From a virus (Duplodnaviria; Caudoviricetes): a stretch of DNA of 52,193 bases. Where the stretch lies: positions 1 to 52,193 of IMG/VR virus record IMGVR_UViG_3300027754_000129. One strand, written 5' to 3'. Position numbers and translations under genes: made by a program. A model generated the notes under the pieces. It had not been told where the DNA came from. It ran no database searches and saw only the letters and a program-made list of their open reading frames with translations. This document shows, piece by piece, positions 1 through 8,324 of the stretch (the first letter of the stretch is position 1; every line of letters starts with the position of its first letter).

Positions 1-29
1 ATCAAGAAGCGGCTAGAGAGATTTGGAAT

Positions 30-215
30 ATGGAAAGTCTATATGAATTTAAAAACTTTAATTTAGATAATATTTTTTACATAAATTGTACTATGAATAT
101 TGATGGAGATAATAAAAAGTTTTCATACATAAACAGAAACGCTGTACCTAGCGGTTTAAATCCAGGTGAATTTTCAGAGTTTATAGAAGCGTCATTACCA
201 AAAAGTATTGGTTAA
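30..215 (+). CDS. Hypothetical protein (probably the 3' part of a gene running in from the window edge)
   Basis: ORF track; the frame is also open upstream of the ATG to the window start. Confidence 0.4.
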   Translation: MESLYEFKNFNLDNIFYINCTMNIDGDNKKFSYINRNAVPSGLNPGEFSEFIEASLPKSIG

Positions 216-243
216 TAAATAAAATTAATAAAACAAAACAAAT

Positions 244-1146
244 ATGAAAAAGAAAGAATTTTTAACAGAAGCAAAAAGAAAAGCAATTATTTCCGATAAA
301 GAAAAAGCAATTATTGAATCATTTGCAAAAACATTCAACAAAATCAAACGTATTGATGAAAATGAAATAAATGAATTTGAAGAATTAAATTCGGTGTATT
401 CTAGACAACAACAATACGGTATCAATCCAGAAATCGACCCAGAAGATTTAAGTAGTTTAAATACTTATAAAGTTGAAGTTATTGGTAAAGAAGCTGAAAA
501 AGATGGTGGTTATAAACATAGTTGGGTTTATGAAATTGAAGCTAATAGCCCAGAAGAAGCTGAAGCAAAGGCTGCTGATGATTTTAATGAAGAAATGCGT
601 TTAAGTGATATTTATTTATTCTCAGCAAAAGTTATATCAAACCCTACCGATAATGATGTTGTTCAAGGTAGAGGTATTAAATTAGCTGAATATGATGGTA
701 ATGAAGGTGGTAATGAACAATCAGTTATACCTAATGAAATATTTGAAATGGAAGAATTTGAAATAGAACAATGGGATGTAGTAGAATTTAACTACGGTAA
801 AGACAATTCAATACTAGAAATTGAATTTACATATACCGAAACAGAAACTGCTTGTTTCTATTTAAAAGCTATTTTTAATTTTTATTATAAAATTACTGGT
901 TCATATAGACGAGCAACATGGGGTTATTATGGTGGTAGTCCAGAAGAATATCCAGAAGAAGAATTTATTCCAGATTTACAAGAAATTGTGTATGTTGAAT
1001 GTACTACTGGAAAAGAATATAAATTAACTGAAGAAATGAAAGAAATAGTAATACCACAAGTTATTGAAGCTTTTGATGGGATAGAAGAGAAAGTTTCTGT
1101 AAAACTTTGGGACGAAGTACATTCTTGGGGTCCAGATGGAGATTAA
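244..1146 (+). CDS. Acidic hypothetical protein with an N-terminal capsid-targeting/prohead-protease-like leader (MKKKEFLTE)
   Basis: 300-aa ORF; basic leader ending F-L-T-E; further I/L-x-E sites (IDE, INE, LAE). Confidence 0.6.
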   Translation: MKKKEFLTEAKRKAIISDKEKAIIESFAKTFNKIKRIDENEINEFEELNSVYSRQQQYGINPEIDPEDLSSLNTYKVEVIGKEAEKDGGYKHSWVYEIEANSPEEAEAKAADDFNEEMRLSDIYLFSAKVISNPTDNDVVQGRGIKLAEYDGNEGGNEQSVIPNEIFEMEEFEIEQWDVVEFNYGKDNSILEIEFTYTETETACFYLKAIFNFYYKITGSYRRATWGYYGGSPEEYPEEEFIPDLQEIVYVECTTGKEYKLTEEMKEIVIPQVIEAFDGIEEKVSVKLWDEVHSWGPDGD

Positions 1147-1154
1147 TAAAACAC

Positions 1155-1185
1155 TTGACAAATTGAAAATAAGTTCGTACATTTG
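1155..1185 (+). promoter_or_regulatory. Bacteroidota-type sigma70 promoter driving the leader/attenuator
   Basis: TTGACA at 1155 and TACATTTG at 1178-1185 (TAnnTTTG -7 element). Confidence 0.7.
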
Positions 1186-1238
1186 CAATATAAATTAAAA
1201 CTTTTAGTAAAAACAACATATTTAATATAAAAAACAAA

Positions 1239-1337
1239 ATGAGAACAATTAACATACATATGATTTCGATTTCGAATTGGAGACGCAATAGTCACCATAA
1301 CGGTCAAGGTATGTTTAATGACATAATCGAGTGGTAA
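1239..1337 (+). CDS. 32-aa leader peptide MRTINIHMISISNWRRNSHHNGQGMFNDIIEW (attenuator leader)
   Basis: Translated by hand; A-rich initiation region; lies between a promoter and an intrinsic terminator; contains the antiterminator strand 1302-1310. Confidence 0.65.
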   Translation: MRTINIHMISISNWRRNSHHNGQGMFNDIIEW

Positions 1338-1362
1338 AACACTCCAGATAATATTAACAAAG

Positions 1363-1393
1363 AAGCCTTAGACCAAAATCTAAGGCTTTTTTT
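1363..1393 (+). terminator. Intrinsic terminator of the attenuator
   Basis: AAGCCTTAGA-CCAAAA-TCTAAGGCTT perfect 10-bp stem followed by a T-run. Confidence 0.85.
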
Positions 1394-1406
1394 ATGCTTA
1401 TAAGTT

Positions 1407-1598
1407 ATGGAAGAATTAAATAAAAAATGTAGTACATGTTGTCTGATTAAAACTTTAAGTGAATTTAATTATGATAAAAGAGCTAAAGATGGTAGGACTA
1501 GTAATTGTTGTATATGTTCTAATATTAGAAATAAAAAATATAGGGAAGAAAATAAAGAAAAAGAAAAAGGTAATGTGTTTATATTTGCAGTTATTTAA
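1407..1598 (+). pseudogene. Truncated HNH/endonuclease-VII-type homing endonuclease N-terminus
   Basis: KKCSTC..K.LSEF....RAKDG....CCIC zinc ribbon then KKYREENKEK repeats; no nuclease domain; the tail runs into a TATATTTG promoter box at 1580. Confidence 0.6.
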
Positions 1599-1706
1599 TA
1601 TTTATTGTTAGCCAAATGTTTATGTTATACTATAGATTTGGCTAATGATAATAAATAATTTTATTGAAATATTGTTTTTAAATTAATTTATAAGTATATT
1701 TGTTAA

Positions 1707-2663
1707 ATGAAAAATACGATAACAAAAACATTACTAGAAAACTACATTAGAGAAACATTAATGGGGCAAGGGATTATTAATAGTTTAGATGTTGCTGTAA
1801 CAAAACCTAAACAAGAATTAATAATACTAAGAGGTATTCCAGGCTCTGGCAAATCAACAAAAGCTAAATCTTTGGCTGGTAGCGGTAAAATACATTCAAC
1901 TGATGATGTCATTGATTCCAGTGGTGATTATAGAGAATTCTTTGCTAAAATGATAGCAAATAAAGACTTTACGCCATTAAGCAACGCTCATGAAACAAAT
2001 TTAAAAAATGCTATCAAGTCTATGGAAGCTGGTATATCGCCTGTTATAATAGACAATACCAACATAAAACAAAACGAATCAAAAGCTTATGTTGTTGCTG
2101 CTTTGAAAATGGGTTATGCTGATAATAATATTAAATTCATTGATATTGGCACAGCTGGTTTAGAAGCTGCTGAATTAGCTAAAAGAAACACCCATGGCGT
2201 TCCATTAGAGAAGATTGAGGCTATGATTGCAAGTCATACAGCACAAGGGCCACTTACGCTTAAAAGTGTTCTTAATTCAAGCGATATGTATAAACCAACA
2301 AGTGTTTCATATTCTGCTGTTGTATTGGATGATAAATCTAGAACTGCCTTATTAGAAAAAGTTGGTAAGTTAATTCCATCCGACTTTAAAGTTATTGCGC
2401 ATCATATGACAATAAACATGGGTCCGCTTAAAGATAAGTCTGGTTTAGATAAAGATGTTACATTAACGGTTACTGAAATTGGTTTATCTGATATGGCAAT
2501 GGCTGTAAAAGTTGAAGGTTATAAAAGTGAAAATGCTATACCGCATATTACGATAGCTGTAAATCAAAAAGGTGGTAAACCATTTATGAGTAATAACATT
2601 AAAGAATGGTATCCAATTGAAAATTTTAAATTAAACGGTAAAGTTACTGAAGTTAAAAACTAA
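1707..2663 (+). CDS. Polynucleotide kinase-like P-loop domain fused to a 2H cyclic phosphodiesterase (RNA end-healing enzyme)
   Basis: LRGIPGSGKST Walker A and IIDNTN (AAA_33-like); C-terminal HHMTI and HITIA 2H motifs. Confidence 0.85.
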   Translation: MKNTITKTLLENYIRETLMGQGIINSLDVAVTKPKQELIILRGIPGSGKSTKAKSLAGSGKIHSTDDVIDSSGDYREFFAKMIANKDFTPLSNAHETNLKNAIKSMEAGISPVIIDNTNIKQNESKAYVVAALKMGYADNNIKFIDIGTAGLEAAELAKRNTHGVPLEKIEAMIASHTAQGPLTLKSVLNSSDMYKPTSVSYSAVVLDDKSRTALLEKVGKLIPSDFKVIAHHMTINMGPLKDKSGLDKDVTLTVTEIGLSDMAMAVKVEGYKSENAIPHITIAVNQKGGKPFMSNNIKEWYPIENFKLNGKVTEVKN

Positions 2664-2668
2664 TAGTT

Positions 2669-3061
2669 ATGTATGAAAAAATGTCAGCTTGCGTTGTTTT
2701 GATAAATGACGATGGTTTAGTGTTAGGTGTTTCTAGAAAAAATAACCATGAAGATTTTGGTCTTGTTGGTGGGGCTATGGATGCTGAAGATAATGGTGAC
2801 CCTATAAATACTGCAATTAGGGAATGTAAAGAAGAAACTGGATTAGATATACATGATTTAAAAATGGTTTTTGCTATACATAAGGGTGGCAATATGGGTT
2901 TCACTTATTTGGCTAAATATAGTGGTGAGATAAATCATAATGAACCGCATGTTGTTCGTTGGTTACCATTTAAAACATTATTTAATGGTAGTTTTGGCAG
3001 ATACAATCAATTGGTCGCTGAATCATTAGATGATATGTGTGTTAAATATGTTTTGGAATAA
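2669..3061 (+). CDS. Nudix hydrolase
   Basis: GG....ED......AIRECKEETG Nudix box. Confidence 0.9.
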   Translation: MYEKMSACVVLINDDGLVLGVSRKNNHEDFGLVGGAMDAEDNGDPINTAIRECKEETGLDIHDLKMVFAIHKGGNMGFTYLAKYSGEINHNEPHVVRWLPFKTLFNGSFGRYNQLVAESLDDMCVKYVLE

Positions 3062-3165
3062 TATGAAAAAGTTATTTAGTAAAATAGATGAAGCAACATT
3101 TGCGTATTTGCGCATAATAGGTTTTAGTTTAATAATAATTACAATTTTAGTTTTAATAAAAAATT

Positions 3166-3522
3166 ATGAAAAATAAGATAAAAGATAGACACTTGGATTT
3201 AAGTGCAAAGTTAATTGAAATGGGTAATGCGTTAATAACCGAAGGTAAAGAAAAAAAAGACTATAGCATATCACAAATTGGTTTTTTTATGGTTTTTATA
3301 GGTGGGTTATTACTTAATGAAGAAGACATATATTTGTTTGGTGAGTTATGTTCTATGTTTTCTGCTAAAAAAATAATCGATACTTTAGCTTATAAGTCAT
3401 TAAATATTAGTGATTTACTAAATGGTTCTAGTATTGATGAGACATATGATGAATTTATAAAGAGAATAAATAAACTTAGAGACAAAGACAACGATATAGA
3501 TAGCGATAAATTATCAGAATAA
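3166..3522 (+). CDS. Hypothetical protein
   Basis: 118-aa ORF abutting the Rnl1 gene. Confidence 0.6.
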   Translation: MKNKIKDRHLDLSAKLIEMGNALITEGKEKKDYSISQIGFFMVFIGGLLLNEEDIYLFGELCSMFSAKKIIDTLAYKSLNISDLLNGSSIDETYDEFIKRINKLRDKDNDIDSDKLSE

Positions 3523-4638
3523 ATGTTAGCGATACAAAAGTATATTAAAAAAAATGGAATAGAAAAAGCTATTTCTAATTTTAAATTAAAGACTCGCGAA
3601 TACGACCACAAAATATTATTAAAGTATGACCAATTAGTGTGTCCAACACTTATGGGGTTACCAGAAATGAAAGATTGTCGTGGTATCATACTTGAGAAAA
3701 ATACATTTAAGGTTATGTCATTAGCTTTTAAAAAGTTTTTTAATCTAGGTGAGAGTAATGCTGATAAAGTAGATATGGATACCGCATGTGTGTTAGAAAA
3801 ACTAGACGGTACTCTAATTCAATTATATTGGGATTGGGTTGATGGAAAATGGTATGCAGGTACTACAGGAACTGCAAATGGTGAGGGTAATGTTAATAAT
3901 AAAGTTGGTAGAACCTTTAATGATTTATTTTTTGATACTATTAAAAAATATCCTTCATTTGATGTTAATTTATTAGACCGTGAATATTGTTTTGTTTTTG
4001 AGCTAACAACACCCTATAATATTGTTGTTAAACCACATTCTGAATCATCGGTTACTTTATTAACTGTTAGAAATTTAGAAACACTTAAAGAGATGCCACG
4101 TAAAAAGTTAATTGCGTTAGGTAACTTTTTAAAGATACCAGTTGTTAAATCTTTTGATTTAAACACCAAAGAAACTAGTGACATAATAAAAACATTTGAA
4201 AATATGCCATGGACTGAAGAAGGGTATGTAATGGTTGATGCTAAATTCAATAGAGTTAAGATTAAAAACCCAGCATATCTTGCTATGCATTATTTAAAAG
4301 GAAAAACCGCTGAGCATAATATATTAACTATCATAAAAGCTAATGAAATTGAAGAATTCATTGCCACTTTTGCTGAAAGAAAAGAAGAGATTTATCAACT
4401 AAAAGAAAATTATGATAAGTTGATTAGTAAATTAAACCTTATTTGGGATGAATTGAAACCATATAAATTAAATGATATGGATAAAAAGAATTATGCTGTT
4501 AAAGTATTTGAAATTTGTGATAAACATAATTTAAAAGAATTTAGTAGTTTATACTTTTATTTGATTGACAATAAGGTTAATTCAGTTGAAGAATATATAC
4601 TAAAATATGATGATAAAAAACTTTATAAAATACTTTAA
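3523..4638 (+). CDS. T4 Rnl1-like RNA ligase
   Basis: CRG, KFFN, EKLDGT (motif I), FEL, EGYV (IV), KIKNPAY (V). Confidence 0.9.
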   Translation: MLAIQKYIKKNGIEKAISNFKLKTREYDHKILLKYDQLVCPTLMGLPEMKDCRGIILEKNTFKVMSLAFKKFFNLGESNADKVDMDTACVLEKLDGTLIQLYWDWVDGKWYAGTTGTANGEGNVNNKVGRTFNDLFFDTIKKYPSFDVNLLDREYCFVFELTTPYNIVVKPHSESSVTLLTVRNLETLKEMPRKKLIALGNFLKIPVVKSFDLNTKETSDIIKTFENMPWTEEGYVMVDAKFNRVKIKNPAYLAMHYLKGKTAEHNILTIIKANEIEEFIATFAERKEEIYQLKENYDKLISKLNLIWDELKPYKLNDMDKKNYAVKVFEICDKHNLKEFSSLYFYLIDNKVNSVEEYILKYDDKKLYKIL

Positions 4639-4727
4639 TATTGAAAACTTAGACTATGTGACAGGCGATTTTGGTAAAAAAGTTTCTGAAAATAAAACAG
4701 TTTATTAATTTATATAAAACATTAAGT

Positions 4728-5771
4728 ATGAAAAAAACAATTAAATATCCAAGTATTGGCCAATTCAGGGAAGTTGTTACTAACGTAAATAAACATTTTA
4801 CATATATTGGTCTTGATGATAATGGTGATGCAGTTTATGATGATACGATACCTAAACCAACAATTAGTTTTAAGGGTACTGTAAAGCTTCATGGAACAAA
4901 TGCTTCTATATGTTTTAACAACATTGGTGGGTTTTGGGTTCAATCTCGTGAGAATATAATAACACCAACATCCGACAATGCTGGGTTTGCTTTCTTTGCT
5001 GAATCAAAAAAAGATATTTTAATACATATGTGTAAACATATTGCTAAATTTAATAAAATAGATTTGGATAACAATACTGTTTCCATTTATGGTGAATGGG
5101 TTGGTAAAGGAATACAAAAAGGTGTTGGGATATGTAATCTACCAAAATCATTTTTTATATTTGGTGCTAAGGTTACACCGCATTGTGAAACTGAAGAAGA
5201 ATTAAAAGCTAACCCATCTTATTGGGTTGTATCATCGTTTTTAAGGTCGTTAGAAGATAGAATATATAATATAGAGGACTATCAACAGTTTTTTATTAGT
5301 GTTGATTTTAATGACTTACAATCATCTCAAGATAAACTAGCTGAATTAACTATTGACGTTGAAAAAGAATGTCCTGTTGCTAAGTCATTTGGGTATAGTG
5401 GAGTTGGTGAGGGTATTGTTTGGGTAGGTGAGTTTGAAGATAGTATTTATAGGTTCAAAATTAAGGGTGAAAAGCATAGTACATCAAAGGTTAAAGTTTT
5501 AGCTTCTGTTGATACTGAAAAATTAGATAATATAAAAGAGTTTGTTGATTATGCTGTGACTGAAAATCGTTTTAATCAAGCATTGGAGAATATATTTCCA
5601 AATAATGAACCTATTGATGTTAAAAAACTTGGCGATGTGTTAAGATGGGTTGTAAATGATATAATAAAAGAAGAAATGGATACAATGGTTAAGAACAACA
5701 TTGAACCTAAAGAAGTAAATAAATTTATTTCTGAGAAAACTAGAAAAATGTTCTTTAATTTAAAAATTTAA
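4728..5771 (+). CDS. Rnl2-family RNA ligase
   Basis: KLHGTN motif I, QSRE, YGEW, GEGIVW, FKIKG; ATG 4728 preferred to the upstream TTG 4671. Confidence 0.85.
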   Translation: MKKTIKYPSIGQFREVVTNVNKHFTYIGLDDNGDAVYDDTIPKPTISFKGTVKLHGTNASICFNNIGGFWVQSRENIITPTSDNAGFAFFAESKKDILIHMCKHIAKFNKIDLDNNTVSIYGEWVGKGIQKGVGICNLPKSFFIFGAKVTPHCETEEELKANPSYWVVSSFLRSLEDRIYNIEDYQQFFISVDFNDLQSSQDKLAELTIDVEKECPVAKSFGYSGVGEGIVWVGEFEDSIYRFKIKGEKHSTSKVKVLASVDTEKLDNIKEFVDYAVTENRFNQALENIFPNNEPIDVKKLGDVLRWVVNDIIKEEMDTMVKNNIEPKEVNKFISEKTRKMFFNLKI

Positions 5772-5778
5772 TAAAACT

Positions 5779-5982
5779 ATGATAGTAAGAAGAGTATTTA
5801 GACTTAAAGCTGACGCAGAAGTTGGTAAAGGTATGCCACTTAAAAAGGGACAAGAATTAGAAATAGTAACTGATGTTGTATATGTTAATGGAAATATGGT
5901 TCCACCAGCAATGCAACCATTGTTTTATTGTTGGATAGTTAATAATCCAAGCTTATTTGATGATGTGACTAAAAATTGGTAA
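5779..5982 (+). CDS. Hypothetical protein
   Basis: ORF tightly packed in the operon. Confidence 0.65.
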   Translation: MIVRRVFRLKADAEVGKGMPLKKGQELEIVTDVVYVNGNMVPPAMQPLFYCWIVNNPSLFDDVTKNW

Positions 5983-5983
5983 T

Positions 5984-6211
5984 ATGAATGATGATTTTAT
6001 AATAAGAACTGGAAAGTATGCTGGTAAAACATTATTATGGGTTGAAGAATTTGATTCTGATTATTTAGATTGGGTTAAAGAAAACAGACCAGAAATGTTA
6101 AAAGAGGTAAAAGATTCCCCCAAAAAATCAAAAAACGAATCGGAATTACCAGATTCTATTGTTTCAGCTATTAAACCAAACATGAATTTTGATAATGAAA
6201 AACACGCATAA
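5984..6211 (+). CDS. Small protein with a GKY.GK....V...D..YL.W motif (DUF3820/ExoX C-terminal-like)
   Basis: IIRTGKYAGKTLLWVEEFDSDYLDWVKEN. Confidence 0.6.
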   Translation: MNDDFIIRTGKYAGKTLLWVEEFDSDYLDWVKENRPEMLKEVKDSPKKSKNESELPDSIVSAIKPNMNFDNEKHA

Positions 6212-6323
6212 TGTGTGACACATAATGTGTTATTAATATATAAAAAAAAGTAGATAATCAAATATTATAGGTATTTTATTAACAAATGTTTTTTCTATTG
6301 TTGGAACTATTATTGGTGTTAGA

Positions 6324-6647
6324 TTATTTATAAAAATGATTATTATCTTTTAATATCGTTACTGTTTCATCTATTTTTTTACAATCATTCAAAAAAGACA
6401 TTACATCTGAATCATCAAGACTGCGCCATTCATTTTCGGCTTGTGTTTTATTTTGATGTTTTCTATGTAACCATTTTTCTATTTTTAGATAGTTTTCAGA
6501 TTTGTAACTATTGATTAATTGTAACTTAGATTGATTACCTGTTGATAATTGTTTTAATCGTTTTTCTGGTGTGTTTTTTGTAACACCTATTTTATAATAT
6601 TCGTTTCCATTAATATCCACTGATAAAATTAAATAAACATATCCCAT
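6324..6647 (-). CDS. GIY-YIG / T5orf172-family nuclease
   Basis: GYVYLI...YKIGVT....KRLKQL.TGN...IEKWLH...EW; start taken at MGYVY. Confidence 0.85.
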   Translation of the reverse strand: MGYVYLILSVDINGNEYYKIGVTKNTPEKRLKQLSTGNQSKLQLINSYKSENYLKIEKWLHRKHQNKTQAENEWRSLDDSDVMSFLNDCKKIDETVTILKDNNHFYK

Positions 6648-6704
6648 AAATAATAATAAACAAAAAATGATAATTTGTAAATAATTAACCATAATTTATT
6701 AAAA

Positions 6705-6902
6705 ATGAGCGAATTTAAATTTGAACTAGGAAAAGATTACTATCTAGAAAAAGGTTTGATAGTATATACTGAAAGCTATTTAATCAGTCGAGGTACATGC
6801 TGTGGTAGTGATAATGGTTGTAGACATTGCCCTTTTGACCCAATTCACACCAAAGGTAATAAAAACATAAAAAAAGATTTGGGTAAAAACTTGTATGATT
6901 AA
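6705..6902 (+). CDS. DUF5522-like small cysteine-rich protein
   Basis: DYY.E.G.IV.TE.YL..RGTCCG...GCRHCP. Confidence 0.75.
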   Translation: MSEFKFELGKDYYLEKGLIVYTESYLISRGTCCGSDNGCRHCPFDPIHTKGNKNIKKDLGKNLYD

Positions 6903-7151
6903 AAAGAAAACGGTATATTGACTTTATGAAAAAAAGAATATTACAACGTATCGCAGATAGTATATGTATTGTTTGCGAAAACTCAAAATCTGAACAGGAA
7001 TTCAGATATTGGTTTAATTTGGGTATTAATTTAAATGCGTATCTAGTTGTTTATCACGATATTTATTTAGATTGAAAAAAAAAACTTGCATATATTAAAA
7101 ATAAAGAATATATTTGCATTATTAATTTAATTTAAAAATAAAAAAAAAAAC

Positions 7152-7616
7152 ATGAAAAGTTCAAAACAAATCAAATCATTAATCCTTAAAAGAGGAAACA
7201 AATTAACAAACGCTGAAATGGTAGTAAAATTAGGTGTACCTACAATGACATTTGCTGGTGTATTAGCTGCTATGAAAAGAAAAGGTGAAATAAGTAATGA
7301 TTTTTTGAAAACAGATTTGGTTAAATCTAACAAAACAAAAAACACTAACCCTTCTGTTGATAATAAAGTATTAACAATTAACTTTTCAAAAGTTGCTGTT
7401 ATTAAGAAAAGTGAATTGAATCATCAATTACGTAATCGTATAGCTGAGCAAAATGATAGCCTTATTACTGGTAGAAGTTTTTATGAGGCAAATGCTTTTG
7501 AAAGAGTAATTGAAAACGACCATTCATATCCAAGAGGTTTGACTGAAAAATCTTTATCTAGAATTAATGGTTTAGGTAAAGTTTTTGGTAAATGTAATTA
7601 TATTGAGATAATTTAA
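7152..7616 (+). CDS. Hypothetical protein, possible N-terminal winged HTH
   Basis: LTNAEMVVKLGVPTMTFAGVLAAMKRKG; own promoter TATATTTG at 7109. Confidence 0.55.
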   Translation: MKSSKQIKSLILKRGNKLTNAEMVVKLGVPTMTFAGVLAAMKRKGEISNDFLKTDLVKSNKTKNTNPSVDNKVLTINFSKVAVIKKSELNHQLRNRIAEQNDSLITGRSFYEANAFERVIENDHSYPRGLTEKSLSRINGLGKVFGKCNYIEII

Positions 7617-7621
7617 TAAGG

Positions 7622-7648
7622 TATGGCCGATAGTCTCGGCCATATTTT
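7622..7648 (+). terminator. Intrinsic terminator
   Basis: TATGGCCGA-TAGTC-TCGGCCATA then TTTT. Confidence 0.75.
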
Positions 7649-7715
7649 ACTTAAATTATTATAGTAAATAATTGTTTTCAATGGTGTTTTTAATATATTT
7701 ATATCTAAAAACCAT

Positions 7716-7928
7716 ATGAAAAACAAAATAAGAGAAAAATTAGCAATATTGGTTGAGAATAAACCTTATGGTCAAGAAGGTATCAGCAAAAAAGTTGGTG
7801 AATTAACACTCCAGAAATAAAAATTAATTGCTCAAAGAGATGAGATTACCAAACAAATAAAACTAATAAACGCTGAGATTAATAAATGGAAGACAGAAAT
7901 ATCTCCTAATCAAATCTCAATGTTTTAA
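7716..7928 (+). pseudogene. 70-codon coiled-coil gene interrupted by one in-frame TAA (7818-7820)
   Basis: MKNKIREKL...LTLQK*KLIAQRDEITKQIKLINAEINKWKTEISPNQISMF*; the frame continues cleanly past the stop. Confidence 0.55.
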
Positions 7929-8048
7929 TTAAAAAAATTGAAATCTATTTAAAAATTGTGTATATTTGCATTTCTTAAATATTTATAAAAGGTTGTGGTT
8001 CCTTAAAAACCAACAAATAATTTTTATTAATTTTAAAAAACAAAAAAG

Positions 8049-8219
8049 ATGAAAAAAACAATTTTAGCAATTGGGTTAATGGTAGCGCTAGCTTCATGTG
8101 GTTCTGTTGCGGAACACGAAGGTCCTGCGGTTGATACTACTGCTGTAGTTGCTGTTGATTCAGCTGCTGTTGTTATTGCTGATTCTACTGCTGTAGATTC
8201 TGCTAACATAGCAAAATAA
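8049..8219 (+). CDS. 56-aa lipoprotein with D-S/T repeats
   Basis: MKKTILAIGLMVALAS-C lipobox; mature part PAVDTTAVVAVDSAAVVIADSTAVDSANIAK; promoter at 7961 and terminator after; missed by the ORF track. Confidence 0.8.
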   Translation: MKKTILAIGLMVALASCGSVAEHEGPAVDTTAVVAVDSAAVVIADSTAVDSANIAK

Positions 8220-8224
8220 TTATT

Positions 8225-8259
8225 AATAAGTAGTGTGTTAATTCGCACTACTTATTTTT
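8225..8259 (+). terminator. Intrinsic terminator
   Basis: AATAAGTAGTGTG-TTAATT-CGCACTACTTATT then Ts. Confidence 0.75.
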
Positions 8260-8324
8260 AATAAAATAAAAATCAAATAAATAATTCTGTTATTTGATTA
8301 TACTTAAATAAACCAATATGGATA

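Noticed and set aside
6211-6233. TGTGTGACACATAATGTGT as a further copy of the ATGTACAC palindrome
   Set aside because: Arms and spacer differ; more likely a weak hairpin between convergent genes.
8033-8248. Minus-strand 71-aa AESTA-repeat ORF
   Set aside because: Shadow of the + strand lipoprotein, which has a lipobox, promoter and terminator.
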